Part shown: piece by piece, positions 12,443-24,197 of the stretch
Layout of the letters: each line of letters starts with the position of its first letter
How positions within the stretch are numbered: position 1 is the first letter of the stretch
Assembly (NCBI GenBank): GCA_038087875.1
Contig: CM075998.1
Span: 3,226,001 to 3,290,000 of the forward strand
Direction of reading: 5' to 3'
DNA: 64,000 bases
From: Malacoraja senta
Lineage: Eukaryota
Position numbers and translations under genes: made by a program
The notes under the pieces: model-generated
What the model was told of the DNA's origin: nothing
Database searches by the model: none
The model's input: only the letters and a program-made list of their open reading frames with translations

Positions 12443-13524
12443 GTACGTTCTTCACTCCTTTTCAAAAATCTCCCAGCAGTGTTAATACTTTCTGCTGATC
12501 CATCGTTGCGTGTACCAAAAGAAAATCAACCATCTTAAAATTCTACCCTGAAGGTTGAAGCGGTTGATGACTTGTGTTTTTGACCCCTTCCTTTCCTGCA
12601 TAGTCAGTGCTGTACATCGTTCATTAACAATAGACAATAGGGGCAGGAGCCGTCCATTCGGCCCTTCAAGCCAGCACCGCATAAGGTAACATCTTATGTC
12701 ATCAACTGAGATTATTTTCTTGCATGTGATACAAGAGAACTCTCCAAGCAAGTTTAAGTTTTTAGTTTAGTTTAGAGATACAGCGCAGAAACAGGCCCTT
12801 CGGCCCACCAAGTCCGCGCCGGCCAGTGATCCCTGTACACTAGCACTATCCTGGGGTCAAGGAAAGAGCGTTCACGCCGCGGCCCTGTTTCCACCAATCT
12901 TTCCACCACCACGCACAAGAAGCATAAGAAGCGACAAGACAGACACCATTGTATGCAGATGCAGAGAAATGTGTTCAGCTCTGGCTGGACAACTTCTAAT
13001 CTTGTGTGAGGACTCGATAAGAAGAAGAAGCACTATCCTACACGAGGGACGATTTACAATTTTACTGAAGCCAATTAACCTGCAAATCTGCACGTCATTG
13101 GAATGTGGGAGGAAACCGGAGCAAACCCACGCAGGTCACGGGGAGAAGGTACAAACTCCGTACAGACAGCACCCGTAGTCAGGATGGAACCCTGGTCCCT
13201 GGCGCTGTGAGGCTGCAACTCTACCGTTGCACCACTGTTGCCAGATCGGTGTTATGAAGAGTATTATGAAGCGCTTGCAGGTAGCTACCTGTCGCCACCT
13301 GTCTGAGACCTAAGCGGGGTTTGTGGGAAGGAACTGCAGATGCTGGTTTAAACTGAAGATAGACAAAAGCTGGACTAACTCAGCAGGTCAGACAGCATCT
13401 CCGGAGGAAAGGAATAGGTGATGTTTCGGGTCGAGAAACAGTCTGAAGAAGGGTCTCGACCCGAAACGTCATCTATTCCTTTTCTCCAGAGATTCTATCT
13501 GACCCGCTGAGTTACTGCATCTTT

Positions 13525-14170
13525 TCCAAGAGTCAAGAGTGTTTTATTGCCATGTCCCAGATAGAACAATGAAATTCTTACTTGCAGCAGCACAACAGGA
13601 TATGTGAACATAGTGCACTGTAAACGATATAATAAACGAGAACAAAAAGTTCAGTGTGTGTACACTCGCGCACACACACACGCACAACATACACACAAAA
13701 AACAAACAATAATAGTCTGTTGAAGGTTGACAAAAATGCTGGAGAAACTCAGCGGGTGAGGCAGCATCTACGGAGCGAAGGAAATGGGCAACTTCTTCAG
13801 ACTGGAAATAGTCCAGTCTGAAGAAGGGTTTCGGCCCGAATTGTTGCCTATTTCCTTCGCTCCATAGATGCTGCCTCACCCGCTGAGTTTCTCCAGCCTT
13901 TTTGTCTACCTTTGATTTTCCAGCATCTGCAGTTCCTTCTTAACTAATAGTCTGTCGTTCAGAGCTCATTAGAGGTTGTGGTGTTTAATAGCCTGATGGT
14001 TGTAGGGAAGAAGCTGTTCCTGAACCTGGACGTTACAGTTTTCAGGCTCCTGTACCTTTTTCCTGATGGCAGGGGTGAAATGAGTGCGTGGTCAGGGTGG
14101 TGTGGGTCTCTGATGATGCTGGCTGCCTTTTTGAGGCAGTGACCCCTGTTGACCCCTTCCATGGTGGGGA
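13525..14170 (-). mobile_element. Rex1/Babar-like LINE 3' fragment interrupted by a palindromic pLTR element
   Basis: ORF 13959-14162 CLKKAASIIRDPHHPDHALISPLPSGKRYRSLKTVTSRFRNSFFPTTIRLLN; insert 13721-13944 flanked by duplicated TAATAGTCTGT. Confidence 0.7.
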
Positions 14171-14253
14171 CTGTTTGTGTCTATCTTCAGGATTTATAGG
14201 AGTCGTTGTTATTTTAGCAGACTGTAACTTAGTCTGATGTGTTCTTTCTGCAG

Positions 14254-14373
14254 CTGCTATGGATCCTGCTGGCAGCAACCATCATTGGCCTGCTGCTGCA
14301 GCGGCTAGCTGCCCGTTTGGGAGTGGTCACGGGTATGCACCTTGCTGAAGTCTGCCACAGACAGTATCCAAAG
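14254..14373 (+). CDS. SLC11A2: SLC11A2 exon 5 ([40 protein letters not shown])
   Basis: Conserved NRAMP TM2 sequence; AG/GT; 120 nt. Confidence 0.98.
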
Positions 14374-14976
14374 GTAGGTGTTCATGGCATAAAGTCATAG
14401 CAGAATTAGCCGATCGTCTACTCCGCCATTCAATCTTGGTTGATGTATCTCTCCCTCCCAACCCCATTCTCTGGCCTTCTCCCCATAACCCCTTCTTCTT
14501 TTCCTGTCCATCTTGTTAGAAATGTTGACCTCCCTGCCATCGTCCGTCCTGAAAAGGACGCAAGCTTCCGGCGACAATCAGTGGGAGCCATCACTTGTCG
14601 CAGTAGATGGTGGTAGCAGAATTAGCTCAGGATACTTCCAGTTTCTAGCCCTGCGACGTGGACGCTTTTACTATGGTTGGCCCCCATAACCTCTGACACC
14701 CATATTAATCAAGAATCTGTCTAACTCTGCCTTGCTGAAGGAACATTCTTTAATTCTGAGGCTACGACCTCCGGTCCTGGACTCTCCCACTAGTGGAAAC
14801 ATCCTCTCCACATGCACTCTATCCAGGCCTTTCACTGTTCAGTAAGTTTCACTGAGGTTCTGGTGTTCAGGTTCACAAGGGGCATCGGTATGATGTGAGT
14901 ATTTGAAACTTGTCCTTTCTCAATTCATCAAGCCATCACCTGCTTATATCTTCACTGTATTTCTCTGGCTGCCTTA

Positions 14977-15393
14977 AGGGCCTGTCCCACTTTCACGACT
15001 TAATTCAAAACCTCTGCCGAGTTTAAAGGAACTAAAAAAAAAATCAAGATACCACTACAAACTCCTACGACCCTCCACAACTATGTTCACGAACTCCTAC
15101 GAGTATGTCTACGAACTCCCACGACTATTTCGATGCCCTCCTTACGAGTAAAAAGTTGCAATTTCTTTCATCCCGACCATTTTTTTTACTCGTGGACTTT
15201 TTTATCGGGCTGGAAAAAACGTCCCGACTTACCTGATGCCACGAGTACCTATGGCTGGCATAACGAGCCGCTACGATATATCCACAGACTCCTACGAACT
15301 GCTACGGACTCGTTACGAACATTCTGCAAGTTTGTATCAAGGGGCAAACTCGGGAGAATTTGTGAATTACCTCGAGAAAGTGGGACAGGCCCA
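14977..15393. mobile_element. Harbinger-like MITE
   Basis: TIR AGGGCCTGTCCCACTTTC...GAAAGTGGGACAGGCCCA; TTA duplicated at 14974-14976 and 15394-15396; CpG-rich interior with TACGA repeats. Confidence 0.75.
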
Positions 15394-15567
15394 TTAATCT
15401 TTCTTAGCATTAACTAAATGACGAGGTCTGCCACCAGAATTGACTGAACATATGTGTAGGAAGGAACTGCAGATGCTGGTTTACACCGAAGATGGACACA
15501 AAATGCTGGAGTAACTCAGCGGGTCAGGCAGCATCTCTGAAGAAAAGGAATAGGTGACGTTTCGGGT

Positions 15568-16505
15568 CATAGAAACATAGAAAATAGGTGCAGGAGGAGG
15601 CCATTCGGCCCTTCGAGCCAGCACCGCCATTCATTGTGATCATGGCTGATCGTCCCCAGTCAATAACCCATGCCTGCCTTTGCCCCATATCCCTTGATTC
15701 CACTAGCCCGTAGAGCTCTATCTAACTCTCTTAAATCCATCCAGTGATTTGGCCTCCACTGCCCTCTGTGGCAGGGAATTCCACAAATTCACCACTCTGG
15801 GTGAAAACGTTTTTTTTTCTCACCTCAGTCTTAAATGGCTTCCCCTTTATTCTAAGACTGTTGCCCCTGGTTCTGGACTCGCCCAACATTGGGAACATTT
15901 TTCCTGCATCTAGCTTGTCCAGTCCTTTTATAATTTTATATGTTTCTATAAGATGCCCACTCATCCTTCTAAACTCCAGTGAATACAAGCCTAGTTTTTT
16001 CAATCTTTCCTCATATGACAGTCCCGCCATCCCAGGGATCAACCTCATGAACCTACGCTGCACTGCCTCAATAACAAGGAAGTCCTTCCTCAAATTAGGA
16101 GACCAAAACTGTACGCAATACTCCAGATGTGGTCTCACCAGTGCCGTATACAACTGCAGAAGAACCTCTTTACTCCTACACTGAAATCCTCTTGTTATGA
16201 AGGCCAACATTCCATTAGCTTTCTTCACTGCCTGCTGTACCTGCACGGCAACTTTCAGTGACTGGTGTACAAGGACGCCCAGGTCTCGCTGCACCGCCCC
16301 CTTACCTAACCTAACCCCATTGAGATAATAATCTGCCCCCTTGTTTTTGCTGCCAAAGTGGATTACCTCACATTTATCTATATTATACTGCATCTGCCAC
16401 GCATCTGCCCACTCACTCAACCTGTCCAGGTCACCCTGCAACCTTCCTAACATCCTCTTCACAGTTCACACTGCCACCCAGCTTTGTGTCATCCGCAAAC
16501 TTGCT
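15568..16505 (-). mobile_element. CR1-clade (HER1-like) LINE 3' fragment
   Basis: ORF 15731-16462 [51 protein letters not shown]; (CTATGTTT)n tail. Confidence 0.9.
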
Positions 16506-17406
16506 AGAGTCGAGACCCTCGTTCAGGCATAAATCTGCTGGAAACTTGGGCGGAGCAGTAGTAGGTGGAATTTAAACCAGATAGGTTTGGAGATAAACAG
16601 ACCATACAGGCGACATGTCGCGGGGTGACGCCTGTATGGTCGTGAGTAGTCGCCCAAAGAGTCGTGCCTTTTTCTGGTTGCCGCTGGATTTTCAACCTTT
16701 TGGCGACCTGCTGCAACTCTGATGGGTGCCGGCAAGTCACCGAAAAAAAAATCGCACAAGTGGGACAGGCCCTTGACAGGTTTGTAAACACGGTACTCAT
16801 GGGCAACAGAATAAACAAAAAAGTCCAATATGTTCCTCGGTTCTAGGAGGAGAATTAGGCCATTCGGCCCATCAAGTCTACTCCGCCATTCAATCATGGC
16901 TGATCTATCTCTCCCTCCTCACCCCGTTCTCCGGCCTTCTCACCATAACCCCTGACACCCGTACTAATCAAGAATCACAGAGAGTTTAAGAAGGAACTGC
17001 AGATGCTGGAAAATCGACGGTAGACAAAAATGCTGGAGAAACTCAGCGGGTGCAGCAGCATCTATGGAGCGAAGGAAATAGGCAACGTTGCCTATTTCCT
17101 TCGCTCCATAGATGCTGCTGCACCCGCTGAGTTTCTCCAGCATTTTTGTCTACCAAGAACCACAGAGAGATTCTTTGCTTCGCATACCATACATGTGTGA
17201 ATGGATGATCGATGGTCGGCATGGACTCGGTGGCTCGAAGCGCCTGTTTCCATGCTGTGTCTTTCAATCAATCCATCCTGTTATTTTTTTTGTTTTGTTT
17301 TAGCTCCAAATATTTTTTTCGAGGTTACACCTCGATGAGCCTTGGTGTTTCTTTCGAGGTGAAGATGCAATATGTTATCGTTAGCCTCATGGTATTTGTA
17401 TTTTGA

Positions 17407-17523
<117 letters not shown>

Positions 17524-18179
17524 TAGAGTACAGTTGTCAATAGTTCAACTGTGATATCAACTAAAACGAGACCACGTGGTTGATTCCCCCCCCCCCCCCC
17601 CCCCTGCGTATTTGTACATGAGACAAATATGGTTTGGAATGGTTTACTTCAGACTGGCCATTCACAGCTGATTTGTTAGACATAATTGTGTGAGACAGTG
17701 AGTCTTGAGGGCCTGTCCCACATGGCGATTTTTTTCGGCGACTGCCGGCGTCATTGACTGACGTATACCGGTCACTGAAAACGTCGCGGCGGTGACGCGG
17801 CGTGATGACGTATTGACGCGCGGCGTTTCCTCGGGTGTCGCAACATTTTTTTTTGTCGCCGCTGGGTTTAGAAATTTTCTAAATCCCCGGCAGTCGCGTT
17901 GTTGGGAGGAAACGCAGACAACTTTAATGGTGCCCTGGATCAGCACTCTCACCTCGGCCGTCCCACATTTGATCCGGTCGTTTGACGTTTCCAGAAGCTC
18001 TCTGTGCGCAAATCAGCTGCTAGGTTATCGAAGTGACTACTTCAATGATTATTAAGCTCTTTACGCGATCCTGAGGGGGCAATCATTATAAGGCGCAAGA
18101 TCATCGCAAATTCTGCTTTCAAGCACTGGTGGCCGCAATGCATTTGTTTGGCTTTCTGGTTTGAAAACTTTCAACTCTT

Positions 18180-18790
18180 TATAGGAGTAAAGAGGTTCTT
18201 CTGCGGTTGTACAGGGCTCTGGTGAGACCACATCTGGAGTATTGTGTTCAGTTTTGGTCTCCTAATTTGAGGAAGGACATCCTTGTGATTGAGGCAGTGC
18301 AGTGTAGGTTCACCAGATTGATCCCTGGGATGGCGGGACTGTCATATGAGGAAAGATTGAAAAGACTAGGCTTGTATTCACTGGAGTTTAGAAGCATGAG
18401 GGGGGATCTTATAGAAACTTATAACGTTATAAAAGGACTGGACAAGCTAGATGCAGGAAAAATGTTCCCAATGTTGGGCGAGTCCAGAACCAGGGGCCAC
18501 AGTCTTAGAATAAAGGGGAGGTCATTTAAGACTGAGGTGAGAAAAAACTTTTTCACCCAGAGTTGTAAATTTGTGGAATTCCCTGCCACAGAGGGCAGTG
18601 GAGGCCAAATCACTGGATGGATTTAAGAGAGAGTTAGATAGAGCTCTAGGGGCTAGTGGAATCAAGGGATATGGGGAGAAGGCAGGCACGGGTTATTGAT
18701 TGGGGGCGATCAGCCATGATCACAATGAATGGCGGTGCTGGCTCGAAGGGCCGAATGGCCTCCTGCACCTATTTTCTATGTTTCTATGTA
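18180..18790 (+). mobile_element. CR1-clade (HER1-like) LINE 3' fragment
   Basis: ORF 18207-18626; near-identical to 15568-16200 in the opposite orientation; CTATGTTTCTATG tail. Confidence 0.9.
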
Positions 18791-19028
18791 ACTCTGCTTT
18801 ATTTTTCTGCAAGCTATAAAACGTCACCAGGTATTTTAATGCTCTGATTGATTTTTGCATCCGCTCCAAGCAATATTATTGCCGCTTGAAACGGAGCTGT
18901 GCAGCACAGGAACTGGCCCTTCGGCCCGCAATGTATGTGCCGTACATGATGCCAGGACCAACTCTTATCTGCCTGCACGCGATCCATATCCCTCCATTCC
19001 CTGCAAATCCATATGCTTATCCAAAAGT

Positions 19029-19217
19029 GTTCAAGAAGGAACTGCGGATGCTGGAAAATCGAAGGTAGACAAAAATGCTGGAAGAACTCAGCGGGTGAGG
19101 CAGCATCTATGGAGCGAAGGAAATGGGCAACGTTTCGGCGGGCCAAAACGTTGCTTATTTCCTTCGCTCCATAGATGCTGCCTCACCCGCTGAGTTTCTC
19201 CAGCATTTTTGTCTACC
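19029..19217. mobile_element. Short palindromic Penelope-pLTR-derived element (representative; many similar copies in window)
   Basis: Fold-back structure; 15-bp TSD TGCTTATCCAAAAGT at 19014-19028 and 19218-19232. Confidence 0.8.
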
Positions 19218-19969
19218 TGCTTATCCAAAAGTCTCTTAAGCGCCACTGTTGTATTTGCCGCCCCCGGCACCGAGTTCCAGGCACTCGTGAGGTTAGGCAG
19301 CATCTGTGGAGAGAGGAAATGAGTTGGGACAGTGGGAATCGTCTGGATTTGATTTCCCATTTCCAAAGTCCAACATCTTTCCAATGACAGGGAGACCAAA
19401 ACATGAACACAATGCTCCAAATATGGCCTCGTCTCACCAACGCCTTGTACAATGGTAACATGACCTCCAAACCTCGCAAAACCTTTTCTTAGAAAAAAAT
19501 AGTGTTATGTTAATAGTGTTAATGGCGGCACCTGGTGACAACCTCATCCTTCTAAACGCCAGAGTGTACAAGCCCAGCTGCTCCATTCTCTCAGCATATG
19601 ACAGTCCCGCCATCCCTGGAATTAACCTTGTAAACCTACCCTGCACTCCCTCAATAGCAAGGATGTCCTTCCTCAAATTAGGGGACCAAAACTGCACACA
19701 CTACTCCAGATGCGTGCGCAAATCTAGTGTAGATGGGACATGTTGGGCGGCGTGGGCAAGTTGGGCCTGTTTCCACGCTGTATGGCTCTGGGTTTAAAAG
19801 GGTGAAAGTGCTGTTGATTCCGTATCCTTCCTGATAGCAAATCGTTGCCGGATTGTGCGCGCCAAAACGCCGCAACGTTTTTTTAGCCGGGGAGAAAAGG
19901 GATATTCTGTAAAGATGTGTAATAATGTTGCTCACCTTGATGCTTCTCTTCCCTTTTTTGTGTGTTTAG

Positions 19970-20040
19970 GATTCCCCTGTGGGGCGGAGTGTTAATTACT
20001 ATTGTAGACACGTTTGTGTTCCTGTTTTTGGACAAATATG
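19970..20040 (+). CDS. SLC11A2: SLC11A2 exon 7 ([23 protein letters not shown])
   Basis: Conserved TM4; AG/GTAAGT; 71 nt. Confidence 0.98.
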
Positions 20041-20989
20041 GTAAGTTGACAGGACGAAATGAGAGACAGCAACTTGTGCAGTACGGGGTGGAGGGGCCCG
20101 TTGAGAACGATGCATCCCCCTTTATCTGGGGAGTGAATGATAGGGCATGAGGGGAAAGTTGGCGTCTGATGAGCAGGGGGCAGCAAAATGGCAGCAGGTT
20201 GTTCTGGGAATGAGAGGCTGAGCATAGGGCGAGTTGGGGGGGGGGGGGGGAAGGTTGTTGTTGAGTGAACGACTCGGAAGGAGTGGTTGGGGATCAATTG
20301 ATAAAGAAAGGGATGAAAGTGGGGGCCACAGGGAGACTGCGAGCACAGCATCAGGTGGGGGTTTAGGTCTGACTGAGCATGGGACAGGGATTAGTACGAG
20401 TGTCGGGGGTTATGGGGAGAAGGCAGGAGAATGGGGTCGAGAGGGAGAGAATCCGCCACGATCGAATGGCAGAGTAGGCTTGATGGGCCGAATGGCCTGA
20501 TTCTGCTCCTATCACTTGCGGCGGGCTTCGAGTGCAGAGGGGCCTCCGGATTAGTTGACTGATCGAAGGTTGAGAAGGCACTCGCGAGCAAGTGGCTGAC
20601 ACGACGTACTTTGGGAAGTGACTGAGGTCAGCGATTGACTGAACTTACTTTGGCGAGTGACTGAACTTGGTCCTAGTGTAGGCACAATCTGACAAGAGGC
20701 AGAAGCATAAATAATGTGTCTAGCAGAATGCTTATCCACTGGTCTGAAATTCTAATGTTGGCATGGCATGTAGGCATTGTGAACATTTCATGCCATGGAT
20801 TTGAAAGCATCCCCTTCCCTGCCCCTGTTGGGGGAATCATTGCCTGTTCAGTTTTGGGTCTTGGCCAGTACCCTCAGTGGGAGATAGCAGGAACTGCTGG
20901 GTACCACTAACCAACTATACTGATGGTAAATTGTAGGAACGAACTGCAGATGCTGGCTTAAACCGAAGATAGACACAAAATGCTGGAGT

Positions 20990-21187
20990 CGTCGTCTTCT
21001 TCTTGCGAAAGAAACCTAAATAAACCAAAGGAATAGTTAGATCTCAAGCCGGGTGTTGAGCAGCCAGGTTGTTGTCTCTGTTGGCATCAATGTCTGCCGG
21101 GCCCTGACACAGCTCCATTTGGTGGGTGGTAGAGCGGGCACCCAGAGATGACATGGTTGGCTGTCTTGTTCTGCTCCGCATTCACAG
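20990..21187 (-). mobile_element. RTE/RTEX-like LINE 3' fragment
   Basis: Zinc-knuckle-like CECGAEQ.T..HVISGCPLY; (GAA/GAC)n tail; 8-bp TSD GCTGGAGT at 20982-20989 and 21188-21195. Confidence 0.6.
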
Positions 21188-22607
21188 GCTGGAGTAACTC
21201 AGCGGGACAGGCAGCATCTCTGGAGAGATGGAATGGGTGACGTTTCAGGACGAGACCCTTCATTTGTCCTATATCTCTCTCTCTACATCGCCGTCTATAT
21301 CTCTCGCTTCCCTTTCCCCCCGACTCTCAGTCTGAAGAAGGGTCTCGACCCGAAACATCACCTATTCCTTTTCTCCAGAGATGCTGTCTGTCCCGCTGAG
21401 TTACTCCAGCCTGTGAATGTGGAGCAGAACAACAGACAGCCAAGCATGTCATCTCTGGGTGCCCGCTCTACCATCCACCAAATGGAGCTTGGAGCCTGGC
21501 AGACATTGACGCCAACAGAGACCACATTTACACGTCACGATGCACGCGTCGTGACACGCACGTGATGCGCATTACGTGCGCGTGATGCGCGAGGACATAG
21601 GCAGTGACGCGCGGCGTAGCAGGATTTTGTGATGTACAAAATCATTGCGCGCCATCTGCGTGACACGCCAATGACGTCCAAGTGGGACAGGCTCTTTACT
21701 CCAGCTTTTTGTGCCGATACTGATGGTACATATACTTTAACGCTTGGTGGAAGGCATGGCACGTGAATGTGTGCTGATGTATCCACGGCCGTGTAGTGGA
21801 AAGGCAGGGAACTCGTACTGAAGCTCGATGCGGAATTCCAATTCGTGGAGCTGCAGCCTGATGGGGCTGCGAGCTTTGTTTTGTCTGACTCTGGTCAAGG
21901 CGGTGGTTGAAGCATCATCCACTGGGCTCTTCGCAGGCCTCTAGGTCCCCACTGCCAGACGTGTGAGGGCTGAACTCAGCAGCAGACTGAGAGGTCAATG
22001 GACAATAGGTGCAGGAGCCAGCACCGCCATTCAATGTGATCATGGCTGATCATCCCCAATCAGTACCCCGTTCCTGCCTTCTCCCCATATCCCCTGACTT
22101 CGCTATCTTTAAGAGCCCTATCTAGCTCTCTCTTGAAAGCATCCAGAGAACTGGCCTCCACCGCCCTCTGAGGCAGAGAATTCCACAGACTCACATCTCT
22201 CTGTGAGAAAAAGTGTTTCCTCGTCTCCGTTCTAAATGGCCAACCCCTTATTCTTCAACTGTGTGTGGCCCCTGGTTCTGGACTCCCCCAACATCGGGAA
22301 CATGTTTCCTGCTTCTAGCGTGTCCAAGCCCGTAACAATCTTATATGTTTCAATGAGATCTCCTCTCATCCTTCTAAACTCCAAAGTGTACGTGCATGTA
22401 CAGCAATCTAGAACACCCAGGCATGCACAGGGCAATTAGCCTGCAGCGCACCGTGGAGCTGCTGGATGGCTGCCGGTCTGAACCGGCCCAGTGTCTTTGG
22501 GCTGTCCTCCAACTGGGAAATACAATTGGGCAGTCAAACCTCCTTTCTGAAGGGCGTAATTAGGTGAGGTAATTAAAAGCCCGTTTTTCATGAAAGAAAA
22601 TTAACCG

Positions 22608-22888
22608 GATAGTGGCGCAGCGGTAGAGTTGCTGCCTCACAGCGCCAGAGACCCGGGTTCCATCCTGACTACAGGTGCTGTCAGTACGGAGTTTGTACCT
22701 TCCCCCCGTAACCATGTGGGTTTTCTCCAGGTGCTCCGGTTTCCTTCCACATCCCAAAGACGTACAGGTTTGTAGGTTAATTGGCTTCTGTAAAATTGTC
22801 CCTTTTGTGCAGGATAGACTAGTATATGGGTGATTGTTAGTCGGTGTGCGCTTGGTGGGCCGAAGGGCCTGTATCTCCAAACTAAACA
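22608..22888 (+). mobile_element. HE1-like tRNA-derived V-SINE
   Basis: A box TGGCGCAGCGG, B box GGTTCCATCC, central GGAGTTTGTAC.TTCTCCCCGT domain, LINE-like 3' end GGGCCGAAGGGCCTGT..CTAAACTAAA. Confidence 0.85.
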
Positions 22889-23879
22889 TTACGTAAATTA
22901 ATTTGAAGGGGAACTTTGCTTTTGAATTCCGGCTTTGTTTGAAGGTTGTCTTTCTGTTAAAGTGCAGGTTTGAATGGCAGAATGAGTGGGTGCATGTCCC
23001 AACATGGGTCCAGTAGCATTAATTTAACACGCGTGCCAAGGAAGACGCATTGTCCTTTTGCATCCTCTGCAGAATGGACAAAGAAGCGTTGCCCATTATT
23101 GTATCCGCATTCTTTTGGGGCGCAAAGTTTCATGTTGCACTGTGGAATGCACCTTGTAATGAACAAGCAACTTGCAGCAAGCTTTCTTTGCAGACCCTTT
23201 GTGCTCTACACAGAGCTGCCGATAGTGTTTCTTGGCGACTAGCTATCCAGTGCATGGTTGCACATTTCCAAGGCAGAGAGGGGACTTGGACCCATAGAGC
23301 AACAGCCACCTTGCAGCACCTGTTGCAATGTGAGGAGCTCTGCCTGTTTCCAGACACGCGTGCGTTTTTTGAGCGCCACATTTAGGAGCGGCTGGCAAGT
23401 ATTTTAATTTATTATCCCTTCTTGACTGTTTCTCAATCCTCACGGCACAGCCACAATGCACAGGGCGTTTTTTTTTTAAATTCTCGCTTCCTTTGGAAAC
23501 CACGGTCTTTGGATTCAGTGAAGATAGACACAAAATGCTGGAGGAACTCAGCGGGACAGGCGGCATCTCTGGAGAGAAGGAATGGGTGACGTTTTGGGTC
23601 GAGGCCCTTCTTCGGATTTGAGTCTGATGCAGGGTCTCGACCCGAAGCGTCACCCATCCCTTCTCTCCAGAGATGCCGCCTGTCCCGCTGAGTTACTCCA
23701 GCACTTTTTGTCTATCTTCGGTGCAAACCAGCATCTGCCGTTCCTTGCTGCACGCACGGTGGTCTTTGGATTCACTGTTGATCTTTCATTAGTTCTCTAC
23801 AAGGTGTTGCTGGAAGAGCAACTAGAAGCAAAGAGCCTGTCACATCACGGCACTTTGCCTCTACGACTACACCCACATT

Positions 23880-24197
23880 GGCGGTCATGGTGACGCAGCG
23901 GTAGAGTTGCTGCCTTACAGCGAATGCAGCGCCGGAGACCCGGGTTCCATCCCGACTACGGGTGCTGTCTGTACGGAGTTTGTACGTTCTCCCCATGACC
24001 TGTGTGGGTTTTCTCCGAGATCTTTGGTTTCCTCCCACACTCCAAAGACGTACAGGTTTGTAGGTTAATTGGCTTGGTATAAAATGTAAGATTGTGTCTA
24101 GTGTGTGTGGGATAGTGTGAATGTGCGGGGATCGCTGGTCGGCGCGGATCCGGTGGGCCGAAGGGCCTGTTTCAGCGCTGTATCTCTAAACTAAGCT
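23880..24197 (+). mobile_element. HE1-like SINE, full length (others at ~2095, 12755-, 24993, 26415, 27708, 37365-, 39047, 44163, 47800-, 50720, 52820-, 53975)
   Basis: Same A/B boxes, V-domain and (CTAAA)n tail. Confidence 0.85.

Noticed and set aside
22608..22680. tRNA genes at SINE heads
   Set aside because: A/B boxes continue into the SINE body and LINE-like tail; no complete cloverleaf
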